Shown here piece after piece: positions 40,407 to 51,220 of a stretch of 64,000 nt of DNA; within the stretch, counting starts at the first letter, position 1, and the number at the start of each line of letters is the position of its first letter. Made by a program: the position numbers and the translations under genes. The notes beneath the pieces are model-generated. The model did no database searches, was not told where the DNA came from, and saw nothing but the letters and a program-made list of their open reading frames with translations. The stretch spans positions 455,976-519,975 of the forward strand of contig CAWBKL010000005.1 in assembly GCA_963789405.1 (NCBI GenBank), written 5' to 3'. The DNA comes from an uncultured Alphaproteobacteria bacterium. Its GTDB lineage: Bacteria > Pseudomonadota > Alphaproteobacteria > CAWBKL01.

Positions 40407-41390
40407 TCAGCCGCCGCGCAGCTCGATCTCGATGTGGCCGGGCGCGGGCACATCGCTGCCGTCCGTCCCGTCGATCACCTCATAGCCGCGATGACGCCCA
40501 TGTGAATCTTTCACATCGCTCGCCAGCGCATCCAGCTTGTCGGCCACCGCCTTGTCGCCCGCATGGAAGAACTTCACTTGGTTGTGCTCCAAGCGACCCT
40601 TGACCGGATTTTTCTCGATATTGGTGATGCCGTGCTTGTTCAAAGCCTCGATCAGCTCTTGCGCGCTTGCCGCGGCATTGGGTGAGCCTTTGGCATAGGT
40701 GATCTTGATCATCGCCGCTGCCATGCCGGTCGATGCGGTTACGCCTTCGCCTGGCTTTGATTTCGCGGGCGTTGATGCCGCGCCTGCATGCGCATCGCTT
40801 GCCTGCGCTTTTGACGGCTTGGTCGCGCCGGTGAGCCCCGCCGGCGCCGGCTTTGTTGATGGCCCTGCCAGCGCCGCAGCAATTTCGGCTTTTGCGTTCG
40901 ATTGTGGCGTAAGCGGGTTCTTCGCCGTCGCAGATGCCGGTGTGACCTGCTCTGCGAGCTTTGCATTGGGCTTGGCTGAAGGCGCCGCGATCACCGGCCG
41001 CTGATGCGGCACAGGCGGCCCGCCCGCTGTCGTGGATGCGGGCCCGGCCGGCGGCGTTACGGGCGCGGCCGATGCCACGACATCATGCGTTCCGGTTGGC
41101 GCAGGCGCTGTTGCGGCGCTCGGCGAAGCCGGCAGCTGCACATTCGGCATGGCCTTGGGGCGGGGCGGTGAGCTGATCGCGCCGGGCTTTTTGGCCGGCT
41201 GCGCCTGAGGCGGCATTTCGAGCAGCCCGCTCCGGCCCGAAGTTTTCTCAGGCGAATCGAGCACGAAAGGCGGCGTTGTCAGGGCGGGCAGAACATTGAG
41301 CATCATCAGCGCGCCCGTCAGCAGCACCGCGGCGACGGTGCCGCAGATAATGCCGATCATCTCCTTCTGCGAAACTTTAAGCGCGTTCAT
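40407..41390 (-). CDS. membrane-anchored protein: long Pro/Ala-rich linker and small C-terminal globular domain (LytR_C-like?)
   Basis: MNALKVSQKEMIGIICGTVAAVLLTGALMMLNV TM anchor. About 200 aa of P/A/T/S-rich sequence. C-terminal ...MIKITYAKGSPNAAASAQELIEALNKHGITNIEKNPVKGRLEHNQVKFF... Confidence 0.45.
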   Translation of the reverse strand: MNALKVSQKEMIGIICGTVAAVLLTGALMMLNVLPALTTPPFVLDSPEKTSGRSGLLEMPPQAQPAKKPGAISSPPRPKAMPNVQLPASPSAATAPAPTGTHDVVASAAPVTPPAGPASTTAGGPPVPHQRPVIAAPSAKPNAKLAEQVTPASATAKNPLTPQSNAKAEIAAALAGPSTKPAPAGLTGATKPSKAQASDAHAGAASTPAKSKPGEGVTASTGMAAAMIKITYAKGSPNAAASAQELIEALNKHGITNIEKNPVKGRLEHNQVKFFHAGDKAVADKLDALASDVKDSHGRHRGYEVIDGTDGSDVPAPGHIEIELRGG

Positions 41391-41514
41391 CTTCAAATCT
41401 CGTGGGCTGCCGTCGGGCCGCCAGGTCTGGGACGGGTGCCGGGCGCCCAGTTTTGCGATTTGCAGGGGCCGGTGACAAGCGCGCCGCGAGCGTGCAATAG
41501 AGCAACTCCCCCCA

Positions 41515-41599
41515 GCGGACGTGGTGGAACCGGTAGACACATGGGACTTAAAATCCCAAGCCGCAAGGCGTGAGGGTTCGAGTCCCTCCGTCCGCACCA
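41515..41599 (+). tRNA. tRNA-Leu (anticodon TAA), class II with long variable arm
   Basis: GCGGACG acceptor stem pairing with CGTCCGC-ACCA. Anticodon loop CTTAAAA (TAA at 34-36). Long variable arm. T-arm GGTTCGAGTCC. Confidence 0.85.
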
Positions 41600-41672
41600 A
41601 TCGCCGCCTCCAGGTTCCTCGAACCCTCACGCTTCATGTGATCAGGAGCGAGCAAGCGCCCGCTCCCTCTGC

Positions 41673-41708
41673 GGGTTCGAGTCCCTCCGTCCGCACCAAT
41701 CGCCGCCT
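41673..41708 (+). repeat. direct repeat of the tRNA-Leu 3' end (36 bp: T-arm, acceptor 3' half and 10 nt of trailer), 99 bp downstream of the original (41574..41609). An inverted 13-nt T-arm fragment lies between the copies.
   Basis: gggttcgagtccctccgtccgcaccaatcgccgcct occurs twice. cgaaccctcacgc at 41621 is the reverse complement of tRNA positions gcgtgagggttcg. Confidence 0.8.
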
Positions 41709-41723
41709 GCGACCGTACCAGCC

Positions 41724-42899
41724 TTACATCGGGCCCGACCCGTCGTGCAGGCTCCGCTTGGAGACGCCGTGCGCGAAGAATTTAGAGTCCCTGCTTGCCG
41801 GGGACGTCTGCGTTGCGCGCGCACCAGCCCGAAGCTGCTCCGCCATCTCGGCGGCAAACAAGTCAACGCTGGAATTCTCCGCTGCCCACGCCCGCGCGTT
41901 TTGCCCAAGGCGCATGCGCAATTGCGCGTCGCTTGCCAAGCGCTGGATTGCCGCTCTCCACCCCGCCACATCGCCCGGAGCGACCAACAAGCCGGTTTCG
42001 CCCTCGATGATGTAATCGGAAAGCCCCTTTGTGCGTGTCGCGATGACCGCCTTGCCCATCGCCATCGCTTCCAGCAGGCTGGTCAAGCCATAGGGCGAAA
42101 TGTTCTCGCTGACGGACACACAGAGAATGTCGCAGCCAGCGTAAAAGCTGCGCAGGCCCCCCATCTCGAATTCGAGGACTTTAACGCCCGCCGGAATTGG
42201 AATGCCCGAAATTGCTGTCCGGTTGAAATTCGGTACTAAGCCGGTTGGGACAATCTCAACCGAGATGTTGGCAGGCAGACCAGCCGCCGCGCTCAAGAAT
42301 GTTCGATAGTCTCTTTCTTCCGATCCCACAGATCCAACGATGATCGAGCTGGCCTCGCGCGCGGCCGGCACCGGCCGGTAGAAATTCGTGTCCACAAAGC
42401 ACCGCGAGATGAAAATCTTTCGCGGCGGCATCTTGAATTGCTCAATTCCGTACGCGCGCAGGGCTTGGCTGTAGACTGCAAGCGCATCGATCGCCCGCTG
42501 GGGGCGCAGCCAGCCGAACGAGAACCGGAGCTTTCGGCTCCTCATCAGATGAAACGCCAGGCAGACATGGCGCGGCCGGCGCGGCAGCAGCCGCATCAGC
42601 AAGGCGAGCCGAATGCCAATGCTGTCTCCGGCCGAAAACACGGAGTCAACGCTTCTCAGGCGAAAGAACGCGCAGATCGCTCCCGCAGTCGCCGGGTCGC
42701 AAAAGCGCCGCGCGAGCCTGACAAACAGATTGCGGTCAGCCTGGATTGCCTTGTCGTCTAGGATCTCGACGTCGGTGCCGAGCCTTGTTCGAATTTCATT
42801 GGCAAGCACGACATAGGCATTACGCGAGCGCTCGTCGGCTTTCACGCGCGCTTCGTCCTGAACCACAGGAGCCGCAATCACAAGAAGTGTCCGCCCCAT
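41724..42899 (-). CDS. glycosyltransferase family 1 (GT4-type)
   Basis: C-terminal GT1 signature ...LEAMAMGKAVIATRTKGLSDYIIEGETGLLVAPGD...; 391 aa from the ATG at 42899. Confidence 0.8.
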   Translation of the reverse strand: MGRTLLVIAAPVVQDEARVKADERSRNAYVVLANEIRTRLGTDVEILDDKAIQADRNLFVRLARRFCDPATAGAICAFFRLRSVDSVFSAGDSIGIRLALLMRLLPRRPRHVCLAFHLMRSRKLRFSFGWLRPQRAIDALAVYSQALRAYGIEQFKMPPRKIFISRCFVDTNFYRPVPAAREASSIIVGSVGSEERDYRTFLSAAAGLPANISVEIVPTGLVPNFNRTAISGIPIPAGVKVLEFEMGGLRSFYAGCDILCVSVSENISPYGLTSLLEAMAMGKAVIATRTKGLSDYIIEGETGLLVAPGDVAGWRAAIQRLASDAQLRMRLGQNARAWAAENSSVDLFAAEMAEQLRAGARATQTSPASRDSKFFAHGVSKRSLHDGSGPM

Positions 42900-43039
42900 A
42901 TCACACCTTGGTTTGCTCTCGGTGGGGGTTATGATTCCGCTGTTTGCTTCTCGGCTCCAGGCGGAAATGACACCTCGAGACGCGATGAGCAAAAGGGTCC
43001 CCAGAATTCTAGCGCCCTTTGCGCGATCTTCGTCAACGG

Positions 43040-44438
43040 CTAACGCGTCCGCCGCATCCTGATCAATGCACGCGCCTTGTTCAGCCACAAGATAAGCCGC
43101 TCGTCATCGATCGCCGCGCCGCTCACGCCCGTCCTCCGGTAGGCGAACCAGGCATAGAACAGCGCCTGCAAGGCGGTGCTGATGGCGGTGGCGATGGCCG
43201 AGCCGGCCATGCCCAGAAACGGGATCAGCGCCAGATTGAGCACGAGATTGCTCGCCGCCGAGGCACCGACGCTCCAGGCGCCGTTGCGCTCGCCATTTGT
43301 CATGAGCACCAAGGCCGGCGCCGAGGACATCAGCGACGTGATGACTTGGCCGAGACCCAAGATGACGAGCGGCAGGCCTATGTCCCGATATTCCTTGCCT
43401 AAAATGCTGATGAACACCGGCAGTGCGATCAAAACGGCGATATAGATGGAAAGCGTAAGCAGAAACGAGATCCGCGACATCCTGCGCGCTGCATCGGCAA
43501 GCTCCGCTTTGCGTCCCGCCGCCCATGTGCTCGCCGCGAGCGGGCCGAGGCTCGAATTGGCGATCGACGCCGCGAAGGTGAGGATGAAGCTGAGATTGGC
43601 GGCCATGCGATAAACGCCGACATCGGCCATCGGGCGCATGAAGCCCAGTATCAGAATATCGATCTGCAGATAGATGAGATACATGGCCTCGATGGCCATG
43701 AAGCCCAGTTGGCCCTGCCGCCATGTCTTGACCTCGAAGGCGGCGGCAGTCGTTTTTAGATCGGCGGGCAAGAGCCGCATGACCCAAAGAAGCACAAACG
43801 CGGCTCCCAAGGCTTCCGCGATGAGGCGCAGAATGATCGCCGTACTCGCGGTCATGTGGCCTAAGACCAGAAAGCCGCAAACGATGAGCACGAGATAGAG
43901 CGCCGAGCGGATCGTTGCTGTGGCGTGGCCGGTGGCGACTCGGTGAAGGCCGCGCAATGCACCGGCCCCCACATCAGAGATCGGTGTAACGAAGAGCATT
44001 GGCAAGGAAAGCAGGATGAGGCTGCCGGTCCGCCCAAAGGGATGCGGCATGAAAATAAGAACAACCGCCGCCGTTACCAGCGCAGTCAGGGCGCCCATGC
44101 CCAGGCTCATCTTTAGCGCGTATTGCAGCAGCCCCTTCAAGTGCGCCCAGTTCTGTGTCTCGCCATAGACTGCGAGGCTTCTCGTCAGCGTTAGCGGCAG
44201 GCCGGAATTTGCGAGCAGCCGCAGAACCAGCACCAGAGTGATCGCGAAGGAGTAAAAGCCATAGGAACTCCGGCTTCAGCCACCGGGCGAGCAAAATGCC
44301 GTAAATGAACATCACGCCTGCACCGGCCACCTGCGCGAGGAAAACGGCGGAAGCGCGTTTTAGGAGCAGCTGCATTTGCGCGCCGCTCGCCTGATGGGCA
44401 AGCCAGTCGGCGACACGGACGGCAAAACGCGAGCGCAT
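43040..44438 (-). CDS. polysaccharide flippase (Wzx / MOP superfamily); frameshift ~44270
   Basis: 12-TM-type hydrophobic profile. N-terminal part (ORF 43974..44438, MRSRFAVRVADWLAHQASGAQMQLLLKRA...) and the remainder (43040..44233) are in different frames. Confidence 0.7.
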
Positions 44439-44947
44439 GAGGGTCCGACTCAGATTTAAGAATTTCTCACCCGGAAGGCTGATTTGCGCCCGAGCATACC
44501 GATTTCACCGTTTCGGATTTCCGCATCCATGCCCGACAAATCGAAACGATCCGCTTTTCCACAGTTCCGTTCCTGCGCCGAAAAAGCCCATCTGCGCGAA
44601 ATTTTCTCAAATTTCGTCGCGTGTTGGTTGCAAGTCTTAAGTTAAATGGCGAGCTAACTCTCACAAGCTGATTACCACCAAGTGTCAGCTAACTGATTGA
44701 GACAACCAATCGCCTATGATAACGTCTTTTAGAGTTAAGCGCTTGTGCGGCAGCGGGGATATCTCGTTGCTGTTTTGTGCCGTTAAACCAGGGTGTGGGT
44801 GAACGGCAAAGGCGGGTGACAGTCGGTCACATGGGTGTCGGCTCACTGTTTGCACGCTGTATGCAAAGGCAAGCGCGGGCGTTGGCCGGGTGAATGCCCG
44901 GCGGTAGGTCTTGGACGCGTGACCGCAGACCGCGTGGGGCTAAGCAT

Positions 44948-45187
44948 ATGCAGACTGTTTTCGATTGGGTGACCGTCGCCATTTTTATTGCGACAGCCGG
45001 AACGTTCTTCTACCGCACACAGCGTGAGTGGCCGCCGCTTCACCGATATCTCGCGGTGGCTATTGGCTGCATGATTGCCAATCAGCTTGGCAATCTCGGG
45101 TATTTCGCGCCGGCGCTCGCGATGATCGGCGCCTTAATTGCGGCAGTCATCTGGCTCGGCTCGCGTCCTTATAAGGTGGGGCAGTAA
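44948..45187 (+). CDS. small hypothetical membrane protein
   Basis: MQTVFDWVTVAIFIATAGTFFY...IGALIAAVIWL; two hydrophobic helices. Weak support. Confidence 0.25.
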   Translation: MQTVFDWVTVAIFIATAGTFFYRTQREWPPLHRYLAVAIGCMIANQLGNLGYFAPALAMIGALIAAVIWLGSRPYKVGQ

Positions 45188-45295
45188 CGTTATTTTTGGG
45201 TGCTTGCCGTGGTTTGCCTGGGTGTGAGGCAAGGGCGCGGCGATGAGAAGACTTAAGGGCCTGTTTGGTGCATTTGGTTCTGAAAGCGATTTTAA

Positions 45296-46267
45296 ATGGG
45301 TAAGAGCGAGTTGGAAGCCCCCCGGCCCGAGGCCGGTGAGATTGAGCGCACCGAGCCTTTGGTGCCGAATGACGAGATGGCTGCGGAAAACGCGCCAGAC
45401 CGCCCGCAGGCCGAGCGCGAAAGCAAGGTGGTTTCTCTCAATCTGATGCTCAACCGGGTCACCTCGGGCGTTCGTTTTCTTGGGCTCACTTTCGACGTGC
45501 TAAAGATCACCGATGCCGCGCGCCTCGTCGTTGAACGTGGCCGCCGCAATCTTCCCTTTGCCTATGTCGTTACGCCCAATGTTGATCATCGCGTGCGTCT
45601 GGCGCAGGAGCCGGCGCTGATGCCGCTCTATTCCTCGGCTTGGATGACGCTTTGCGATAGCCGGATCATCGAGCTTATGGCGCGCTTGGATGGCATTGGC
45701 GTGCGTGCCTCGCCGGGCGCCGACCTGGTCGATCACCTGTTCAGGCATGAGGTGGATACTGCTGGCCCCCTTAATGTGATCGGCTCGACTGCGGACGTTG
45801 TTGAAACTTTGAAGGAGCGCTTCGGTCTCGGCAATGTGCGTTGGCATCAGTGCCCGCAGGGCTTGCGCTCGTCCCCCGAGGCGATCGCAGCCGCCGCGCA
45901 ATTCGTGGTTGAGAACCCCGCGCCGCTGACATTCATTTGCGTGGGCTCGCCGCAGCAGGAGCTGGTGGCGCGCGCGATTGCCGAGCGGGGCGATGCCCAG
46001 GGCGTCGGCCTATGCTGTGGCGCGAGCCTTGAGTTTCTGTCAGGTAAGGTTCCCCGCGCGCCGCGCTGGATGCGCGATGTCGCGCTCGAGTGGTTGCATC
46101 GCTTGGCGACCAACCCAATTCGGTTCGGCCGCCGCTATCTCATTGAGGGGCCGAAAATCTTCCCGATATGGCTGAAGTCGCGGCGAGAAGAGCCGCCAGG
46201 CGATGATGGGCCGAACGCTTCGGCGCGCGCGCGCGTCGGTGCTGTTCCTGTTCATCCGGCCGCCTGA
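45296..46267 (+). CDS. WecB/TagA/CpsF-family glycosyltransferase
   Basis: ...YVVTPNVDHRVRL...ICVGSPQQELVAR...GVGLCCGASLEFLSG... is characteristic of the family. Confidence 0.8.
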   Translation: MGKSELEAPRPEAGEIERTEPLVPNDEMAAENAPDRPQAERESKVVSLNLMLNRVTSGVRFLGLTFDVLKITDAARLVVERGRRNLPFAYVVTPNVDHRVRLAQEPALMPLYSSAWMTLCDSRIIELMARLDGIGVRASPGADLVDHLFRHEVDTAGPLNVIGSTADVVETLKERFGLGNVRWHQCPQGLRSSPEAIAAAAQFVVENPAPLTFICVGSPQQELVARAIAERGDAQGVGLCCGASLEFLSGKVPRAPRWMRDVALEWLHRLATNPIRFGRRYLIEGPKIFPIWLKSRREEPPGDDGPNASARARVGAVPVHPAA

Positions 46268-46481
46268 CATGGGGGCAGGGCCCCATGACCCAAAAAAGGG
46301 CTACTCCGGAATGTCGCTGTGAAGGAATTGTGCCCAGAGATTAAATCGCAGAAAGCCCTGTGGTCCTGTGATTTCGTCGCGGGAATCCGGCGCCGGGCCG
46401 TGGTACCTTGCCGCGTCATTCTATAATCGAACGGCGAGTTGGCGCATCGGTCGACCGAACGATTGCAGGTGGGGATTTTCG

Positions 46482-47718
46482 ATGTTTGCCCTTAAGGGAA
46501 TTTCACCCGCGCTTGCGAGCGTCGGTCTAGGGCTGGGGCTGATCGGTGTGGGCGCTGCGCATGCCGAGGATAATCCCGGTCGCGTCGGTGCATTTCGTAC
46601 CCAGCTCGGCCAGCTCACCGAGGGGCTGACGATCTCTCTCTCGCAGGGCGTCCGCTATGAAAGCAATCTTGTACGCACCGCAAACAACGCTGAAACGCTC
46701 GCCTTCTACGGCACCACCAATTCCTCGGACGTGATCTCGCAGACCAGCCTCAATGTCGCGTTCCAAAAGAACACATCCAAGATGCAGTTCAAGTTTTTGG
46801 GCGATCTCGGCTACTGGAATTACTCGAATTTCGATCAGTTTTCCGGGCTGGTTGCGGGCGGTGCCGGCACTGCTTCGTGGCAGTTCTCCAACCGCTGCTC
46901 GACGGGCGGCAATGGCCGCGTTGAGCGACGCGTCGCCGCCTTTCAGGATGTTCTTTCGAATGTCTCCGACTTCCAGGTCGAATATGGCGGCGACTACAGT
47001 GTTTCGTGCTTTGTCCTCAACCGTGTACGCGTGACCGGCGAGGTCTTCGGCGATGCGGTCAGGAACGACAGCAGCGTGCTGAAGATCACCGACGTAGACT
47101 ATTGGGGCTGGGATGGCTCCGTTGCCTTTGTGAGCGCGCGTCGCAACGAGCTGGGCGTACGCTATCGCCGTTCGCACACAACGCGCCCGAACGATCCCTT
47201 CACCACGCAGATCAACAACGACCGCATCGAAGGTTACACCACCTTTCGTATCGGCAATTACCTGGTTGCAACGTTGAGCGGCGGCGCTGAGCGCGAGCAT
47301 CGTCAAGGTGTTGGGACCAAGACTCCACGGCACCGGCCAAGTCGATCTTGTCTGGACGCCTAATAGCCGCCTGACGACGCATGTCGGCTATGTGAACCGG
47401 ACCGAGGATGCCACCGATCTTCTCAACACCACGAGCCAAACCAATCGAGTCTTCGCAAGCACGGATTGGCGTCTAACTCAGCATGTCACCATTGGTGGCA
47501 CTTCGAGCTATGAGCATGACAAGCTTGATGCCGGGCCGGGCGCCGTGCTGACTGGGATCAGTGAAGATCTGTTCTCGGTGTCGGCCTATGTGCAGCACCC
47601 GTTCTTCCACACAGTTAATGTGCGTTGGGAAGCCGGCTACGAGAAACGCAATTCGGACAATCCACTGAGGCGCTATGATGACGCCTTTGTCGGCGTTTCG
47701 ATCGGCCTTGGGTTTTGA
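46482..47718 (+). CDS. outer-membrane beta-barrel protein of the exosortase/EPS locus (EpsL-like); frameshift ~47310
   Basis: Signal peptide (ALASVGLGLGLIGVGAAHA). Alternating amphipathic strands. C-terminal ...FVGVSIGLGF ends in an aromatic residue. Continues across frames 46368..47363 and 47308..47718. Confidence 0.6.
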
Positions 47719-47898
47719 ACAAATTCTCTTCAAGAATGTGAGGTTGGGTCTCTTAGGCACTGAATTCTTGGTACATTCTGGGCTTATTGCCTAAGTGAGG
47801 GGCGCGGCTTCGCCGGGCCCGAATTGGCTGGCGCCAAGAAACGATTTTGATCGGCGGATGCGATTGCTCCGATGCGTCTTGAGGCGCGAGAAAGCGTG

Positions 47899-48958
47899 AT
47901 GACAAGGTTGAAGCCTTGGCCCCTTCTGATGCTTTCGGGCCTGCTGGTCCTGGGTGCATGCGGCGGGCATGGCTCGTCCAGCGGGGGCGATGCGCTCGGT
48001 CAGGTTGTGGCGCGTGTGAATGGTGAGGAGATCACGGTATCGCAGGTCAACGCCGAGCTCGCTTCGGTCGGGGCCAATGGTCAGGACACCAAGGCTGTCC
48101 AAGAGGACGTTCTGCGGGCCATTGTCTTGCGCACGCTGATGCGCCAAGCGGCCACCAAGCACAAGCTCGACCGCAAGCCGGAGGTTCGACTTTTAATGGA
48201 TGCGGCGCGCGATAAGGTGCTGGCTGAATTCCTACATAGATGCCGTGGCCGGCACGGCTAAGAAGCCGACGGCACAGCAGGTTGCGAAATACATCGCCGA
48301 CCATCCGCAAGCCTTCGGTGAGCGGCGCATCTATCACTTTCAGCGTCTGATACTTCCAACCGACAGGTATTCGGACAACATGCAGCCGATGTTTGATAAG
48401 AAGCCCCAGGTGCAGAGCTTTGATCCGCTCGTCGACTATCTGAAGGGCCAAGGCATTAGTTACAAGCTCGCCGACGTGCAGCTGCCATCGACCGACTTTC
48501 CCGAGCAGATTCAGAAGCGGCTGGAGCAGTTTGGTGTCGGCGATAATGTCGTCGTGCGCGGCCCGCAGTCCATTATCATCCTTAAGATCAAGGGCTGGAC
48601 GGCAATGGCGGTGCAGGACGCCGATGCGCAGCGTGTTGCGGTGGCGGCAATTCAGCAGGAAGAGCTCGCCCAACGCACCGCGGCGCTCCGCAAGCAGGTG
48701 ATCCATGACGCCAAGATCACGTTTAGCGGCGCGTTTGCCGGAATGAACGCCGATCAGCCTGGGCCGTCGGTGCCCGCGGCCAAAGTGTCTTCGGCGCCCG
48801 CGACCGCCACGCCTCATGAGGCCGGTGTGACCGGGGCGGCGGCGGTGGCAGATGGCGTCGCGCTGATGAACGCACCGGATATGTCACTGCCGGAAGGCGT
48901 GATGCCGGCACCGCCAAGCGGCACTTCAACAAACCCAGAGGAAGGAACCGTTCAATGA
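47899..48958 (+). CDS. SurA-like peptidyl-prolyl isomerase lipoprotein (EpsD family of exosortase-type EPS loci); frameshift ~48230
   Basis: Lipobox LVLGACGG. SurA_N-like segment ARVNGEEITVSQVNAEL...DVLRAIVLRTLMRQAATK. Continuation in ORF 48200..48958. Confidence 0.55.
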
Positions 48959-49770
48959 TCAAGCGGGTGATCTCGGCTCTCGCGGCAGCGCTGTTTGTAG
49001 CGCTGATGGCCGTGTCGTTGGGAGCCACTGCGGCGGCTGCGCAGGAGGGTTATCGGCTCGGCCAAGGCGATATCGTAAAGCTCACCGTGTTCCAGCGCCC
49101 CGATTTGTCGAGTGAGGAGCGCCTGGGCGCCCAGGGGCGGCTGTTTGTTCCCGGTGGCGGCAAGCTCAATGTCGGCGGCATGACCATCCCCGAGGCGGAG
49201 GATCAGATCAGGGACCTCTTGGCGAAGGCCGGGGCGGTGCCCCACCCGCAGGTCAGCCTGCAGGTCACGACCTTCGGCAGCCAGAAGGTCTCGGTGTTCG
49301 GCTATGTGAAGACGCCGGGCTCTTATGCACTCGATCGCCCGACACGGGTGAGCGAGATCCTGGCCGAGGCGGGCGGCATCCTTGCCGATGGCTCGCAGCG
49401 CGTCACCTTGATCCGGGAGGGCAGCAGCGGGCAGGTCTCGCACAGCATCATCGACATGAAAGATGTGCTCGACGGCTCCAATGCGGGCGAGGACGCCGAG
49501 GTGCACGGCGGCGATATTGTCAACGTGCCGCGCGCCCCCCGGGTCTACGTTTATGGCGCGGTCAACAAGCCTGGGCCGTATATCTTGGAAGACGGCATGA
49601 CGGCGCTGCAGATGATCTCGCTTGCCGGCGGCCTGACTTCGACAGGCTCCGATGGCCGTCTGGAAGTGGTGCGCCACAGTGAGAACGGAAAGGCCCAATC
49701 CTTGAAGGTTGGGCTGCAGGACAAGCTGCGGCCGGAAGATGTGCTGATTGTGCACGAAAGTATCTTTTGA
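48955..49770 (+). CDS. polysaccharide export outer-membrane protein (Wza / EpsE-like)
   Basis: Poly_export/SLBB-type sequence: YRLGQGDIVKLTVFQRPDLS...GDIVNVPRAPRVYVYGAVNKPGPYIL... Confidence 0.85.
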   Translation: MIKRVISALAAALFVALMAVSLGATAAAAQEGYRLGQGDIVKLTVFQRPDLSSEERLGAQGRLFVPGGGKLNVGGMTIPEAEDQIRDLLAKAGAVPHPQVSLQVTTFGSQKVSVFGYVKTPGSYALDRPTRVSEILAEAGGILADGSQRVTLIREGSSGQVSHSIIDMKDVLDGSNAGEDAEVHGGDIVNVPRAPRVYVYGAVNKPGPYILEDGMTALQMISLAGGLTSTGSDGRLEVVRHSENGKAQSLKVGLQDKLRPEDVLIVHESIF

Positions 49771-49824
49771 GGCGGCATTACGCGCCTTGAAAACACGCGC
49801 TGGTTGAAGGTTCGAGGGCTTTAA

Positions 49825-51186
49825 ATGGGTGTCTTGCAAGTGCTCGCGATCTTGTGGGCGAGGCGATCGGTCGTCATCGGCTGCTTCGTCTCAACTGTCG
49901 TGCTTGCGGTGGGTGTCACGCTGATCCTGCCCAAATCCTATCAGGCGAAAGTGACCGTGCTTGTCGATAACGAGGCGCGCAACGCCTACACCAACGATTT
50001 CGAGACGCGCGAATTCTCGAACGATTTTCTCGGCAAGCAGATGGCGATCGTCACCTCGAACCGGACCGCCAAGCAGGTCGTTGCGGATTTGAACCTCACC
50101 GAGAACAAGCTGTTCGAGAAGGCCTATGCGCGCGGGCGCCGCAACGTGCCGATCGAGGACTGGGTCGCGGCTTACCTCACCAAGGGCGTCAAGGTCACCT
50201 CGGTTCCGGAGCAGAGCTCGATCGAGATTGCCTACCGCTCCCGCGATGCGCGCACGGCTGCGCGTGTCGCCAACGCATTTGCCGATGCTTACATGCGTAC
50301 CGGAACCGACATTCGCGTTGTCAACGCAGAGCAGACGGCGGTTCAGCTCAAACGGCAAGCCAAGACGTTGCAGGGCGAGCTCGCCGACGCTGAGAAGGCG
50401 CTGCACGAATATCAGGAGCGCACGGGCATTGTCGAAACCGAGAACGGCCTCGACACCGAAATGCGCAAGCTTGATTCCCTGCAAAAGCTGCAGGCCGATA
50501 CCAACACGGCGACTGAGACCGCGCGTACCCAACTCTCGGCGTTTCGCAGCGCCAAGGCTGCCGGCCAGTCGCTCGACCAGCTGGACGGTGTCGCAAATGA
50601 TCAGCTCTTGAAGAGCTTGCGCGCGCAGATCGCGGATGTGAATGCCAATCTCGCGGAGGTCGGACGCAAGTTCGGTACGCAGTATCCGGACTATACCGCC
50701 GGGCTCGCCAAAAAGGCGGCACTCCAGCGCGAGGTCAAGGCTGAGCTCGACAACATTAAATCAGGGTTCGCCACCGCGGTTGAGACCGGCCAGCAGAAGG
50801 CCGCCGACCTCGATAAGGCGATCGCCGACCAGAAGCTCAAGGTAGTCAAGCTTCAGACGCACTGGGACCAGTATCAGATCCTGATCAACCAGGTGAAAAC
50901 CAAGCGCAAGGAGCTCGATCAGACGGTCTCGCGCTCAGGCCAGGAGGCCATCGAGAGCCGCGTTTCGACCGTGAGCGCCGTCGTCCTTTCGCCGGCCGAC
51001 CCTCCAACCAGGGCCAACTTTCCGAACCTGTTGCTCAATACCGCTCTCGCGATAGGATTTGGCATGTTTTTCGGCCTGGTGATGGCCGTTTTGGTGGAGC
51101 TGTTCGATCGGCGGATCCGCAGCGCCGAAGATTTCGAAGATGCCGCCGGCGCGCCGGTGATTGTTGTCATGCCGAAGCGGGCCTGA
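49825..51186 (+). CDS. chain-length-determinant protein (Wzz/GumC / EpsF-like) with long coiled-coil periplasmic region
   Basis: N-terminal TM plus Wzz motif. About 250 aa coiled coil. C-terminal TM (LLNTALAIGFGMFFGLVMAVLVELF). Confidence 0.8.
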   Translation: MGVLQVLAILWARRSVVIGCFVSTVVLAVGVTLILPKSYQAKVTVLVDNEARNAYTNDFETREFSNDFLGKQMAIVTSNRTAKQVVADLNLTENKLFEKAYARGRRNVPIEDWVAAYLTKGVKVTSVPEQSSIEIAYRSRDARTAARVANAFADAYMRTGTDIRVVNAEQTAVQLKRQAKTLQGELADAEKALHEYQERTGIVETENGLDTEMRKLDSLQKLQADTNTATETARTQLSAFRSAKAAGQSLDQLDGVANDQLLKSLRAQIADVNANLAEVGRKFGTQYPDYTAGLAKKAALQREVKAELDNIKSGFATAVETGQQKAADLDKAIADQKLKVVKLQTHWDQYQILINQVKTKRKELDQTVSRSGQEAIESRVSTVSAVVLSPADPPTRANFPNLLLNTALAIGFGMFFGLVMAVLVELFDRRIRSAEDFEDAAGAPVIVVMPKRA

Positions 51187-51220
51187 AGTCATGGCATCTT
51201 TGGCCCCAGGCAGCAGAGGT

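Noticed and set aside
41521-42015. 164-aa ORF covering tRNA-Leu and the duplicated tRNA fragments
   Set aside because: It spans a tRNA gene and repeat scar. The translation is low complexity (PSVRTNRRL repeated because of the duplicated tRNA segment). Not a gene.
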